64,000 nucleotides of DNA from an uncultured Clostridia bacterium (GTDB lineage: Bacteria; Bacillota; Clostridia; TANB77; CAG-465). Position numbers and translations under genes: made by a program. The stretch spans positions 62,847 through 126,846 of the forward strand of contig CAKPOO010000003.1 in assembly GCA_934169925.1 (NCBI GenBank), read 5' to 3'. The notes under the pieces are model-generated. The model made no database searches and was not told the origin of the DNA. It worked only from the letters and a program-made list of their open reading frames with translations. This document shows positions 1 through 10,300 of this stretch, in pieces (position 1 is the stretch's first letter; each line of letters opens with the position of its first letter).

Positions 1-52
1 GTATGGTATAATCTTAGCATTATATAGTTAATTTGTCAGGAGGAAAAAGCAT

Positions 53-289
53 ATGGGTTGGTTAGATTTGACATGGTCAATAGCTACTGTTATAGTTGCA
101 ATTGTTCTAACAATTGTTATTATGTTACAAAATGAAAAAGGACCATCATCTTCAAATGGTAGTTCTAATACATTTTATGGAGCTAATAAATCAAAAACTT
201 TAGATGGTGTTTTATCAAAATGGACAATTGCACTTGCAATTATATTTTGTATATTGTGTGTATGTACAACAATTTCTATAATGCACTAA
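53..289 (+). CDS. secG: Preprotein translocase subunit SecG
   Basis: 78-aa protein with two TM helices flanking a Gly/Ser-rich loop (MGWLDLTW...). Strong RBS aggagg 8 nt upstream. Precedes rnr, as in many Firmicutes. Confidence 0.75.
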   Translation: MGWLDLTWSIATVIVAIVLTIVIMLQNEKGPSSSNGSSNTFYGANKSKTLDGVLSKWTIALAIIFCILCVCTTISIMH

Positions 290-313
290 TATAAGTTTAG
301 TTAAGGAGAAACT

Positions 314-2545
314 ATGAGTAAAAAATATCAAAATGATAATGTTTTGAAGCATAGTGACAAAGAATATTTTGACAAAAAGGAGACTATGTGCTCCTTTTTT
401 TTAGAGTCAAATTATGTACCTATGACTTTAAAACAAATATGTAATATTTTACAAATACCAAATAAGGATATTGTACTTTTAAATATGATTATAACTGATC
501 TTGAAGAAAGTGGAGTTATATTTTGTGATGATAGTAAAAGATTTTGTGTTATTGATGGAAAGAACTTTGTAAAAGGTATTTACCATGCAAAAAATTATAA
601 ATTTGGATTTTGTATTGATGGCATGTCAAATGATGTATATATAAAAAGAGAAGATAATCTTTTTGCAATGGATAAAGATGAAGTTGTTGTAAAGATAACA
701 AAACAAGAAAAAGATGGTATGTCAAAAGAGGGCAAAGTCGTTAAAATTCTAAAAAGGAATACTAAAAGAGTAATAGGGAAGTTTACAAAATCTAAAAATT
801 TTGGATTTGTTGTTACATTAGAAAAGAAAATAGAAGATATATATATACCAAAAAAATATATAAATAATATAAAAGATGGAAGTTTTGTCGAAGTTGAATT
901 TTTAAAATATCAAACTGCAAATTCGAAAGCTGAAGGAAAAATTATTGGAATAGTTGACACTAAAAAAATTGAACATCCGGAAGTTATAGCTATGTATAAA
1001 TCATATGATTTAGATGAAAAAGAAGATTTTCCAGAGTTTGTAAAAGAAGAAGTTAAAAACATTCCAGATCATGTTTTAAAAAATGAGTTAAAAAATAGGG
1101 TAGATAGAAGAGATAAAAAAGTATTTACTATAGACTCAGAAGATGCTATGGATCTTGATGATGGTGTTTTTGTTAAAAAAGATAATGATAAATATATTTT
1201 ATCTGTATATATAGCTGATGTAAGCCATTATGTAAAAGATTCTACATTCCTTGATAAAGAGGCTATAAAACGTGGAACTAGTATATATATTCCTGGACGT
1301 GTTATTCCAATGCTTCCAAAGGAATTATCAAATGGCATTTGTAGTTTAAATGCAGGTGTTGATAGATTAGCTCTTGCAATTGATATAACTTATGATAAAT
1401 CTGGTAATGTATTAGATTATGATATTTTTAAAGCTGTTATAAATGTTAATAAAAAAATGTCATATGATAAAGTATTTAAAGTATTAAACAATGAAGACGA
1501 AGTTGTTTTAAATGAATACAAAGATTATATAGATGATATTAAAGTAATGGCAGAACTTGCAAGTATATTAAATAAAAAAAGAATAAGAGATGGAAGTATT
1601 ACTTTTGATGTAAAAGAAACTAAGGTAATAGTAGATGAAAACTTTAATGTTACAGATGTAAAAGCTTATGAAAAGAATTTTGCAAATGATATAATAGAAG
1701 AATTTATGCTTGCTGCAAATATGACAATTGCTAAGAATTTTTATTTTATAGGGCTACCTTTTATATACAGAATTCATGAAAAACCAGATGAAGAAAGAAT
1801 AAGGGAGTTAAATGAATTTTTAGCAAATTACAAAATAAGGATAAAAGCTGTAAAAAATGTACAACCCAAAACTTTATCATCAATTTTAGATGAGTTTAAA
1901 GATAATGAAAATAAAGATGTTTTATCATCAGTAATGTTAAGAACTTTAAAACTTGCAAAATATTCAGATGAATGTTTAGGGCATTTTGGACTTGCTGCAA
2001 AATATTATTGTCACTTTACCTCTCCAATAAGAAGGTATCCTGACTTATTTATACATAGAGTTATATCAGATTATATTGAGTATAATTCTCAAATACCTGA
2101 AAAATTACTTACAAAGTATGAAAATGATGCAAAAATTTATTCTGTTTCTTCATCTGAGGCAGAAAAGCAAGCAACAACAATTGAAAGAGATTTTGATTCA
2201 TTATATGAAACTATATATATGCAACAATTTATTGGACAAGATTTTGATGGTATTGTATCATCTGTTACATCATTTGGAATGTTTGTAAAATTAGATAATA
2301 CAGTTGAAGGTCTTGTACCATTTAATAATATCTTAATTGATGATTTTTTTGAATATGATGAAAATCTTAAAATTTTAATTGGAAGAAAAACAGGACGTAC
2401 TTTTAAAATAGGAGATAAAGTAAAAGTAACACTTGTAAGAGCTGACAGTTTTGCAAAAGAAATTGATTTTGAAATAAGAGGTGAAAATGGAAATGAAAGA
2501 AAAAGAGAAGAAAAAAGTAGAAAAAAAGGTCGTAAAGAAAAATAA
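314..2545 (+). CDS. rnr: Ribonuclease R (RNB family 3'-5' exoribonuclease) with C-terminal S1 domain and Lys-rich tail
   Basis: 743 aa. RNB catalytic-region motifs (FTIDSEDAMDLDDG, HFGLAAKYYCHFTSPIRRYPD), C-terminal S1-like region and basic tail. RBS aaggaga. Confidence 0.9.
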   Translation: MSKKYQNDNVLKHSDKEYFDKKETMCSFFLESNYVPMTLKQICNILQIPNKDIVLLNMIITDLEESGVIFCDDSKRFCVIDGKNFVKGIYHAKNYKFGFCIDGMSNDVYIKREDNLFAMDKDEVVVKITKQEKDGMSKEGKVVKILKRNTKRVIGKFTKSKNFGFVVTLEKKIEDIYIPKKYINNIKDGSFVEVEFLKYQTANSKAEGKIIGIVDTKKIEHPEVIAMYKSYDLDEKEDFPEFVKEEVKNIPDHVLKNELKNRVDRRDKKVFTIDSEDAMDLDDGVFVKKDNDKYILSVYIADVSHYVKDSTFLDKEAIKRGTSIYIPGRVIPMLPKELSNGICSLNAGVDRLALAIDITYDKSGNVLDYDIFKAVINVNKKMSYDKVFKVLNNEDEVVLNEYKDYIDDIKVMAELASILNKKRIRDGSITFDVKETKVIVDENFNVTDVKAYEKNFANDIIEEFMLAANMTIAKNFYFIGLPFIYRIHEKPDEERIRELNEFLANYKIRIKAVKNVQPKTLSSILDEFKDNENKDVLSSVMLRTLKLAKYSDECLGHFGLAAKYYCHFTSPIRRYPDLFIHRVISDYIEYNSQIPEKLLTKYENDAKIYSVSSSEAEKQATTIERDFDSLYETIYMQQFIGQDFDGIVSSVTSFGMFVKLDNTVEGLVPFNNILIDDFFEYDENLKILIGRKTGRTFKIGDKVKVTLVRADSFAKEIDFEIRGENGNERKREEKSRKKGRKEK

Positions 2546-3140
2546 GTTTATAGAAAAATTAAAAAAATTTTGTAAATTTTATAAAAAAGATATATTAAAA
2601 ATAGCAACTATTTTTTATGCGGCAACACTTATTATATTTACTTTTATGATAATGAAAAAATTGTCTACATATGATGTATCTAAAGTTGGAGATTTTTCTA
2701 ATATAGAAAAGCAGACTTTAAATAAAATTACTTTTATAAAACAACTATTTTTAGTATCATTTCCATCAATTTTAATTACTTTTATTTTAGCATTTGTACC
2801 ATATTTAAAATTGCAATTTATAACACCAATTGTATATAGCTACATTACTACAAATCAAATGTTTAATGTATTTAAAAGCACAAGTACAAGTAATAATGTT
2901 AATTTAATGACAATAGGTAGTGTTATAATAATACTTTCAATTTCTATTATGTGTGCTATTAGTTTTAATTTAAGTAAAGTAATTGAAAGTAATAGAAAAT
3001 TAAAAAGTAATAAAGCAAAAAAAGAAAAATTACATGATGATAAAAAAATAGAAAAAATTTCATTTGATAAAGAAAATTTTAAATTAATAGTTATTGTAAT
3101 TATTTTAAATATAATAGGTACAATTGTATATATAGCTTAA
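2493..3140 (+). CDS. Hypothetical membrane protein (Lys-rich N-terminus, 3-4 TM helices); start uncertain, overlaps the rnr 3' end
   Basis: ORF 2481..3140. The likely ATG at 2493 sits 9 nt after GAGGTG. Hydrophobic segments IATIFYAATLIIFTFMIM, LFLVSFPSILITFILAF, IGSVIIILSISIMCAI. No recognisable family. Confidence 0.45.
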   Translation: MKEKEKKKVEKKVVKKNKFIEKLKKFCKFYKKDILKIATIFYAATLIIFTFMIMKKLSTYDVSKVGDFSNIEKQTLNKITFIKQLFLVSFPSILITFILAFVPYLKLQFITPIVYSYITTNQMFNVFKSTSTSNNVNLMTIGSVIIILSISIMCAISFNLSKVIESNRKLKSNKAKKEKLHDDKKIEKISFDKENFKLIVIVIILNIIGTIVYIA

Positions 3141-3157
3141 TTTAGTAGGAGTTTATT

Positions 3158-3805
3158 ATGAGAATGAGAAATAACAAAAATGCTTTATATGATTTGGAAG
3201 CATTTGAAAAATATGTATCTGGTAAAGAAAAGATACAAGAAATATTAAAAAAAGAAGAAAATAAAAATAAAAAAATATTTTTAGAAATTGGTATGGGAAA
3301 AGGTGATTTTATAACTGCACTTGCAAGAAATTATCCTGATAATATATATATTGGAGTAGAACTTAATAAATCAGTTCTTGCAATTGCATGTAAAAAGTTA
3401 ACTAAGTATGAACAAGATAATAATATAAAACTTAACAATTTATACCTTATGTCTTTTGATGCTATTACACTTACTGATATATTTGAAAAAAATCAAATTG
3501 AGAAAATATATTTAAATTTTAGTGATCCTTGGCCTAAGAAAAGACATGTTAAAAGAAGACTTACATATAAAGATTTCTTAAGTTTATATAAACAAGTTTT
3601 AAAAGAACATGGTGAAATTGAATTTAAAACTGATAATAGGGGACTTTTTGAATATAGTTTGGTTAGTATTCAAAACTTTGGATCTACTTTTAAAGAGGTA
3701 TATTTAGATCTTCATAAAGTTGAAAATATAGAAAACTTTGAGACAGAATATGAACAAAAATTTTCAAAACTTGGTCCTATTTACAAAATAGTTTTTGAAA
3801 TATAA
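3158..3805 (+). CDS. trmB: tRNA (guanine46-N7)-methyltransferase
   Basis: 215 aa. SAM-binding FLEIGMGKGDF and the conserved TrmB motif NFSDPWPKKRHVKRRL. Confidence 0.85.
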   Translation: MRMRNNKNALYDLEAFEKYVSGKEKIQEILKKEENKNKKIFLEIGMGKGDFITALARNYPDNIYIGVELNKSVLAIACKKLTKYEQDNNIKLNNLYLMSFDAITLTDIFEKNQIEKIYLNFSDPWPKKRHVKRRLTYKDFLSLYKQVLKEHGEIEFKTDNRGLFEYSLVSIQNFGSTFKEVYLDLHKVENIENFETEYEQKFSKLGPIYKIVFEI

Positions 3806-3828
3806 GATATAAAATAAAATAAAATAAA

Positions 3829-3866
3829 AACTCTTTGTTAAAATTTCTAACAAAGAGTTTTTTATT
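3829..3866. terminator. Bidirectional rho-independent terminator between trmB and fhs
   Basis: Inverted repeat aaaactctttgttaaaatttctaacaaagagtttttt with flanking A and T runs, between convergent genes. Confidence 0.6.
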
Positions 3867-5437
3867 TAGAAATTTTCAAAATTAGGGGTTTTAGGAAGGC
3901 CTGGCATAGTTAATACTTTTCCCATGTATATTGTTATAAAACCTGCACCAGAATTTAAACGTACATCAGTAACACTTACTTGAAAATTTTTAGGTGTACC
4001 TAATAAATCTTTATTATCAGAAAAAGATAGTGGTGTTTTTGCAATACATATAGGTAAATTAGAAAAATTAAGTTTTGTAATATTAGAAATTTTTTCTTTA
4101 GCTTCCTTTGTATATTTTACACTTGCCCCCTTATATATTTTAGTAACAATTTTATATACTTTTTCCTCAATACTATCTTCTAAATTGTATGGGAATAGTA
4201 TATCTTTTTCTTTAGTTTGATTATCTAAAATATCAAGTATTGTATTTGCAAGATCTATTACGCCTAAACTACCTTCATTAAAACAATTTGAAGTTACGCA
4301 TTTAACATCTTGTTTTAAACAAAAATCTTTTACAAATTGTATATCATATTCATTATCAAGATCAAATTTATTTATACAAACGACAACATCTAAATTAAAA
4401 CTTTTAATATTTTCAATATGTCTTTTTAAATTGAAAATTCCAATATTTAAATTATCTTTACCGTTATATTTTAATGCTCTTATACTTGTAACAAGTACAA
4501 CCACATCAGGTTTTATATCATTATTTCTACATTTTATATCAATAAATTTTTCAAAGCCAAGATCTGCTCCAAAACCTGCCTCAGTTACAACAAAATCAGA
4601 AAGTTTTAACGCTGTTTTTGTTGCAATAATGCTATTGCAACCATGTGCTATATTTGCAAAAGGTCCAAGATGTACAATTGCAGGAGTATTTTCTGATGTT
4701 TGGACTAAATTTGGACTTAATACATCTTTGGTAAGAGCAAGTACTGCATTAGTAATTTTAAGATCTTTTAAATAAATTGGAGTATTGGTAAGGGAATAGG
4801 CAATAATCATTTTATCCAACTTATTTTTTAATTCTTCTTTTGAATTACTAAGACAAAATATTGCCATAAGTTCAGATGCAACGGTTAGTTCAAAAGATGT
4901 ATTAATATTTTTCTTTTTTAATATACCATCATTAGAAATAGCAATATTTCTTAAAGCTCTATCATTCATATCAATAACCCTTTTAATACAAATATTATTT
5001 TCATCAATATTTAAAGCGTTACCTTGGAATATATGATTTGAAATAGCAGCACAAATTAAATTATTTGCAGAAGTTATTGCATGAAAATCACCATTAAAAT
5101 GAAGATTTATATCTTCTTGTGGTTCAACAGTTGATTTTCCTCCACCAATAGCACCACCTTTTATTCCAAATACAGGACCTAAAGAAGGTTCTCTTAATAC
5201 ACAAATACTACTTTTATTTAACTTATTTAAAGCCATTGAAAGTCCTATTGTTTGTGTAGTTTTTCCCTCACCAAAAGGTGTTGGATTAGTTGCAGTTACT
5301 AAGATAAGTTTTCCATTTTTTTTATTATTTAATGTAGAATAATAATTAGAATCAATTTTTGCTTTATATTTTCCATAATTTTCAACGTAATTTTCATCTA
5401 TATTTAATTTATTTTCAATATCAACAATATTTTGCAT
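3866..5437 (-). CDS. fhs: Formate--tetrahydrofolate ligase
   Basis: 523 aa. N-terminal YGKYKAKID, P-loop TPFGEGKTT, and conserved C-terminal NSGAGFI...MPGLPK. Confidence 0.9.
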   Translation of the reverse strand: MQNIVDIENKLNIDENYVENYGKYKAKIDSNYYSTLNNKKNGKLILVTATNPTPFGEGKTTQTIGLSMALNKLNKSSICVLREPSLGPVFGIKGGAIGGGKSTVEPQEDINLHFNGDFHAITSANNLICAAISNHIFQGNALNIDENNICIKRVIDMNDRALRNIAISNDGILKKKNINTSFELTVASELMAIFCLSNSKEELKNKLDKMIIAYSLTNTPIYLKDLKITNAVLALTKDVLSPNLVQTSENTPAIVHLGPFANIAHGCNSIIATKTALKLSDFVVTEAGFGADLGFEKFIDIKCRNNDIKPDVVVLVTSIRALKYNGKDNLNIGIFNLKRHIENIKSFNLDVVVCINKFDLDNEYDIQFVKDFCLKQDVKCVTSNCFNEGSLGVIDLANTILDILDNQTKEKDILFPYNLEDSIEEKVYKIVTKIYKGASVKYTKEAKEKISNITKLNFSNLPICIAKTPLSFSDNKDLLGTPKNFQVSVTDVRLNSGAGFITIYMGKVLTMPGLPKTPNFENF

Positions 5438-5517
5438 AAGTTTATCACCTAAAAGTATTATATCATATGAATAAAAAATTTAAAACTAATATATTAAATA
5501 TAAATTTTTATTTTATA

Positions 5518-5546
5518 TTGAAATTTTATTTGATTCATAGTATAAT
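5518..5546 (+). promoter_or_regulatory. Sigma-A type promoter (TTGAAA-N17-TATAAT) upstream of the 5570 ORF
   Basis: TTGAAA at 5518-5523, a 17-nt spacer, TATAAT at 5541-5546. Confidence 0.45.
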
Positions 5547-5569
5547 TTATCTTGTTTCAAGGTGATTAT

Positions 5570-6049
5570 ATGTTAATAGATGTAGAAAAAATGAGAATGT
5601 TAAGAAATGATAATCCTGAAATGAAATTTAAGTTATTAAGACCAAATATAGAAAGATTTTTTAGAGATTACATTTATTATTTTAATATTTATGATAGAAC
5701 AGAACTTATTATAGATTCAGGGTATTTACCATATCATTATTTAGATGAAGCTGTTTTAAGAAAAGTAATTCATTTATTAGAAGATGAATTAGGTTATAAC
5801 ATAATAATAATGAAAACAACAAATACTGCACAAATAGGTTATCAAAAAGGTGATCTTATAAATATAAGATTATTTGATAGATTAAATACAACAGCAAAAG
5901 AGGTTGATGATTATTTTAATATAAAAATGTTTCAACCACTTTATTCATCTTTTCATAATTTTGATAATATTAATGGTAATAAGAAAGATGTAAAATCATA
6001 TTTATCATGTCTTAATACTGGTGCAAATTTATTGCCTGAGGGTAAATAA
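5570..6049 (+). CDS. Hypothetical cytoplasmic protein
   Basis: ORF 5552..6049. Probable ATG at 5570 preceded by aaggtga. No recognisable domain. Confidence 0.4.
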   Translation: MLIDVEKMRMLRNDNPEMKFKLLRPNIERFFRDYIYYFNIYDRTELIIDSGYLPYHYLDEAVLRKVIHLLEDELGYNIIIMKTTNTAQIGYQKGDLINIRLFDRLNTTAKEVDDYFNIKMFQPLYSSFHNFDNINGNKKDVKSYLSCLNTGANLLPEGK

Positions 6050-6067
6050 AAAAGAAAGAGGGATTGT

Positions 6068-6700
6068 ATGAAAAAGAATGAAAAAATAGCATTAGTAGTA
6101 GTTTTAATATTAATAGCTATATTTGCTTGTATAACTGCTTTTGTAAAACTTAATATTGGAAATGAATTTGAATTAAAAATGTATAATTTTATAAATGCTC
6201 CTTGGTCTGATACAGCTACAAAAGTAATTACAATTATTACAAACATAATTGGAAAATATGTACTTGCAGCAATAGTTGTTGTATCTTTAATATTTAAAAA
6301 ATCAAGAATTAAATTTACAGTTCCAATGATTTTTTCTGTTGGAGGAGCTGTAGTTGTAAAAGAAATTTTTAAACATATTGTAAAAAGACCAAGACCAACA
6401 ATATTACCACTTGCAGTAGAAGATGGTTTTAGTTTTCCAAGTGGTCACGCTGCAATTGCTGCAGCACTTGCAGTTACATTAATTTATTTTATATGTAAAA
6501 ATATGAAAAATGGTGCACTAAGAAATACTTTATTAGTACTTGTAGTGTTATTCCCATTTGTTATCTCATTTACAAGAGTATATTTAGGTGTTCATTATTT
6601 CTTTGATGTAACAGCAGGATTACTTGTTGGTGTAGGTTCTGCAATTGCTTGTAATACAGTAATAAATAGATTTATATATAAAGAAAATGAAGATAAGTAG
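6068..6700 (+). CDS. PAP2-family phosphatase (phosphatidic acid phosphatase / undecaprenyl-diphosphatase-like) membrane protein
   Basis: The three PAP2 signature motifs: KxxxKRPRP (KHIVKRPRP), PSGH (PSGHAA), and SRxxxxxHxxxD (TRVYLGVHYFFDV). Multiple TM helices. Confidence 0.8.
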   Translation: MKKNEKIALVVVLILIAIFACITAFVKLNIGNEFELKMYNFINAPWSDTATKVITIITNIIGKYVLAAIVVVSLIFKKSRIKFTVPMIFSVGGAVVVKEIFKHIVKRPRPTILPLAVEDGFSFPSGHAAIAAALAVTLIYFICKNMKNGALRNTLLVLVVLFPFVISFTRVYLGVHYFFDVTAGLLVGVGSAIACNTVINRFIYKENEDK

Positions 6701-6720
6701 AAATACTTATCTTTTATATA

Positions 6721-6795
6721 TTGGGATATCGCCAAGTGGTAAGGCATCGGACTCTGACTCCGACATTCGTAAGTTCGAATCTTACTATCCCAGCC
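6721..6795 (+). tRNA. tRNA-Gln (anticodon CUG)
   Basis: Cloverleaf folded by hand: acceptor UGGGAUA/UAUCCCA with U1-A72 as in bacterial tRNA-Gln, anticodon stem UCGGA/UCCGA with loop CUCUGAC, T-arm GUAAG-UUCGAAU-CUUAC, discriminator G and encoded CCA. Confidence 0.8.
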
Positions 6796-7029
6796 AATAT
6801 AAAAATAATAATATAAAATGTGAAACAAATTCGATAAAAATATCAAAGAAAAGTTTCACATTTTTTATTTCTTTGCAAAGGAAAAGTTTAGTTTAATTAA
6901 TTGTAATGTCATATAAAATATGATATAATGCGCCATAGGACTTTATATACAAGTAGCCCTTACCAAATTTGGAGGGCGTTATGTCCTCCAAAACATGTAA
7001 ACATTAAAAAATGAATAAGGAGGAAAAAA

Positions 7030-7203
7030 ATGAGTTCATTGTCACAAATTGCACTTGCAAGAATGTTAGGAGTTGACGGTGGTTTGTCTGATCATGTATT
7101 ACCTAAGGAAATGAATAAAACAATAGACCGTATGTCTGGCAGAGATAATGATAAAAAATCTGAGAAGAATGACAGAAAAAATAATTCAAATCCATATAGG
7201 TAG
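7030..7203 (+). CDS. Small hydrophilic ORF (57 aa), hypothetical
   Basis: ATG at 7030 preceded by a near-perfect RBS aaggagg; encodes MSSLSQIALARMLGVDGGLSDHVLPKEMNKTIDRMSGRDNDKKSEKNDRKNNSNPYR; followed by a hairpin terminator. It is below the length cut-off of the supplied ORF track. Confidence 0.4.
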   Translation: MSSLSQIALARMLGVDGGLSDHVLPKEMNKTIDRMSGRDNDKKSEKNDRKNNSNPYR

Positions 7204-7221
7204 AATTTAAAAAAGCAGTCA

Positions 7222-7262
7222 AAAGAACGTGAAGAATTTATTTCTTTACGTTCTTTAATTTT
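7222..7262 (+). terminator. Rho-independent terminator
   Basis: Hairpin aaagaacgtgaagaatttatttctttacgttcttt followed by a T-rich tract. Confidence 0.6.
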
Positions 7263-7377
7263 TTGTAGTGCTTTTTTATTGCTATTTTAATCACTTTATG
7301 TAGAAAATAATTTGACTTTTTAGCAATATGATTATATAATTTATACTTAGGAAAAAAGAAAAAAATGAGGTAGAAAA

Positions 7378-10300
7378 ATGTTAATTAGTCCAGATGAAAT
7401 CAATAGAGTTTTATCATATACAGGTAATTTAATTACAAATAGAGGAAAAAAATATTTTGAGCAATCAAGAGTTAAATTACTAAATTTTAAATATGTAAAT
7501 GATGATAATTTTGAAGCTATATCAAAGGTTACTGGAACTGATGAATATATAACGTGCATATCAAAAGAAAATGGAAAAATAAAATATAGTTGCAATTGTC
7601 CAAATGAAGCAGATGAAAAGGTACCATGTAAACATATTATTGCTATGTTTTTTGATATGTATATTGACTTTAACAAATATTATGAACTTTCTAAAAATAG
7701 TGAGAGTAAATCAATATTAGATTATGAAGAAGAATTAAAAAATATTGCAGCTATAAAAAAAGAAAAAGCAGTAAAAAAAGAGAAAAATAAACAAAATAAT
7801 GTGTTAAAATCAGAAAAACTTAATTTTGATGAATCTTTTTTATCATATTATGAAAAATTAGAGTTTGATAAATTTGAAGAAGATAATTTAACAGGAAAAT
7901 TAAAATTAGTGCCATATATTGATATTTATGGATTAAAAAATAGTAATATTAGTATTTACTTTAAAATAGGTATTAATAGTTTATACATATTAAAAGATGT
8001 ATACAGTTTTGTTGATGATTTTATAACAAAAAGAGAAATAAAACTTGGAAAGTCTGTTTTAAAAGTAAAAGAAGAGATATTTGATGAAAATTCAAAAAAG
8101 TTATTTTATTTACTAAAAAAGAATTATTATAAAATAAAGTATATGAATTTAATGTCAAATGTAGAATTGCCTAAAAATTCTAGAGAATATGTAGCAATTT
8201 CATATGATTTACTTGATTATATTTTCGATATTTTTGAAAATCAAAGTATAAATGTATATAGCAAAAAAAGTAATTTAGAAAAATATACTACATTTTTAAA
8301 TAAAAATCCGATTTTAAATTTAAATATTGAAAGTGACGTAGATGGTAATATAAATTTAAGTTTGGAAAATGATGAATATACAATATACAGTAGTATTGAA
8401 AATTCATACATTTTGTTAGAAGATACTATGTATAGATGTACAAAAGATTTTACTAAAAATGTATTACCTGTACTAGAAGAATTACAAAAGGATAAGGATT
8501 ATAGTATAAAAATAACAAAAGATAAAGCTTCAACTTTTTGCAATTATTTAGTTCCAAGTGTAAAAAAATACGTTAATTTAGATGTAAAAGACGATGTTAT
8601 AGAAAAATACAAGACAGATAAATTAGTTACAAAGGTATATTTAGATCTTGATGAGTTAAATAATATTATAGCAAATGTTAAATTTGTATATAATGATATG
8701 GAATTTAACCCATTTTCAGAAAATAAAGAGATAAAATGTAATAGAGATATTATTCAAGAAAATAAAGCAAAATCTATGTTTGCAAAATATAAATTTAAAG
8801 TTAATGAAAAAAAAGGTTATTTATTTTTAGATGATGAGGATGATATTTATGAATTTTTAGTAAATGGTACTGAAATTTTCATGAATAAGTTTGAAGTTTT
8901 AGTTACTGAAAAACTAAAAAATAAACAAATTATTAATACTACAAGTTTAGATTTTGGTGTTAGAATAAAAAATGATTTGCTTGATATTTCTGTTGAAAAT
9001 ATGAATTTTTCTGAGAAAGAATTAAAAGAAATTTTTGCAAAATACAAAGAGAAGAAAAAATACTATAGGTTAAAAAATGGTACATATATAAATCTTGATG
9101 GATATGGTATTGATACGTTATATACCCTTAATGAAACACTTGGAATTAGTGAAAAAGATATTGCATCATCAAATATTACTTTACCAAAGTATAGAGCATT
9201 ATATGTTGATAATATTTTAAAAGATAAAGATGGTATAACTGTAAATAAAGAATCTAGTTTTAAAAATATCATAAAAGATATAAATAATGTAGCTGATGCA
9301 GAATATGAAATACCTAAAAATTTAAATGCAACTTTAAGAGAATACCAAAAGACTGGCTATAATTGGTTAAAATCACTTGAAAAATATGGATTTGGTGGTA
9401 TTTTAGCTGATGATATGGGGCTTGGTAAAACAATACAATTAATTGCAATTTTATTAGATAGTAAAAATAATGAAAAAAATAGTACTTCTATTGTTGTATG
9501 TCCAAGTTCTTTATACATAAACTGGGAAAAAGAATTAAAAAAATTTGCCCCATCAATTAATATGCTTGTTATATCAGGAAGTAGTGATGAAAGAAGAAAG
9601 TTAATCAAAAAAGCAAGCAAATATGATGTTATTATAACATCATATGATATGTTAAAAAGAGATATTGAACTTTATGAAAGTTACAATTTTAAATATATTA
9701 TTGCTGATGAAGCACAATATATTAAAAATAACAATACCAAAAATGCAAGAGCTTTAAAAAGGTTAAATGGTAAAACAAGATTTGCCCTAACAGGTACACC
9801 TATTGAAAATTCACTTTCAGAGCTTTGGTCAATTTTTGATTATATTATGCCCGGATATTTATTTAGTTACAAAAAGTTTAAAGATAATTATGAATCAAAA
9901 ATAATAAAAGATGAAAGCAAAAAAACATTAGAAAAATTACAAAGGATAGTTGCACCGTTTGTATTAAGACGTGTAAAAAAAGAAGTATTAAAAGAGCTTC
10001 CTGAAAAAACAGAAAGCATAATGTATAGTAAAATGGATGAAGAACAAGAAAAAGTTTATGATTCATATTTATATAATGCAAAAAAAGAATTAGAAGATGA
10101 AATTTCTAAAAATGGAATTAAAAAATCAAGAATAAAAATACTTTCAACTATAACAAGGCTAAGACAAATCTGTGCACATCCATCATTATTTTTATCTGAC
10201 TATAATTATGGTAGTGCAAAACTTGAACAATGTATGCAAATAATAGAAGATGCTGTAAGTGCTGGACATAAAATTTTGCTATTTTCAGGGTTTACTTCAA

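Noticed and set aside
2481-2545. Possible programmed frameshift or fusion between rnr and the downstream membrane protein
   Set aside because: The overlap is short. It is explained by a downstream start codon (ATG 2493) coupled to the rnr stop. There is no slippery heptamer.
4431-4775. 114-aa plus-strand ORF inside fhs
   Set aside because: It is fully antisense to a well-supported conserved gene, with low-complexity composition typical of antisense frames in AT-rich DNA and no RBS. It is spurious.
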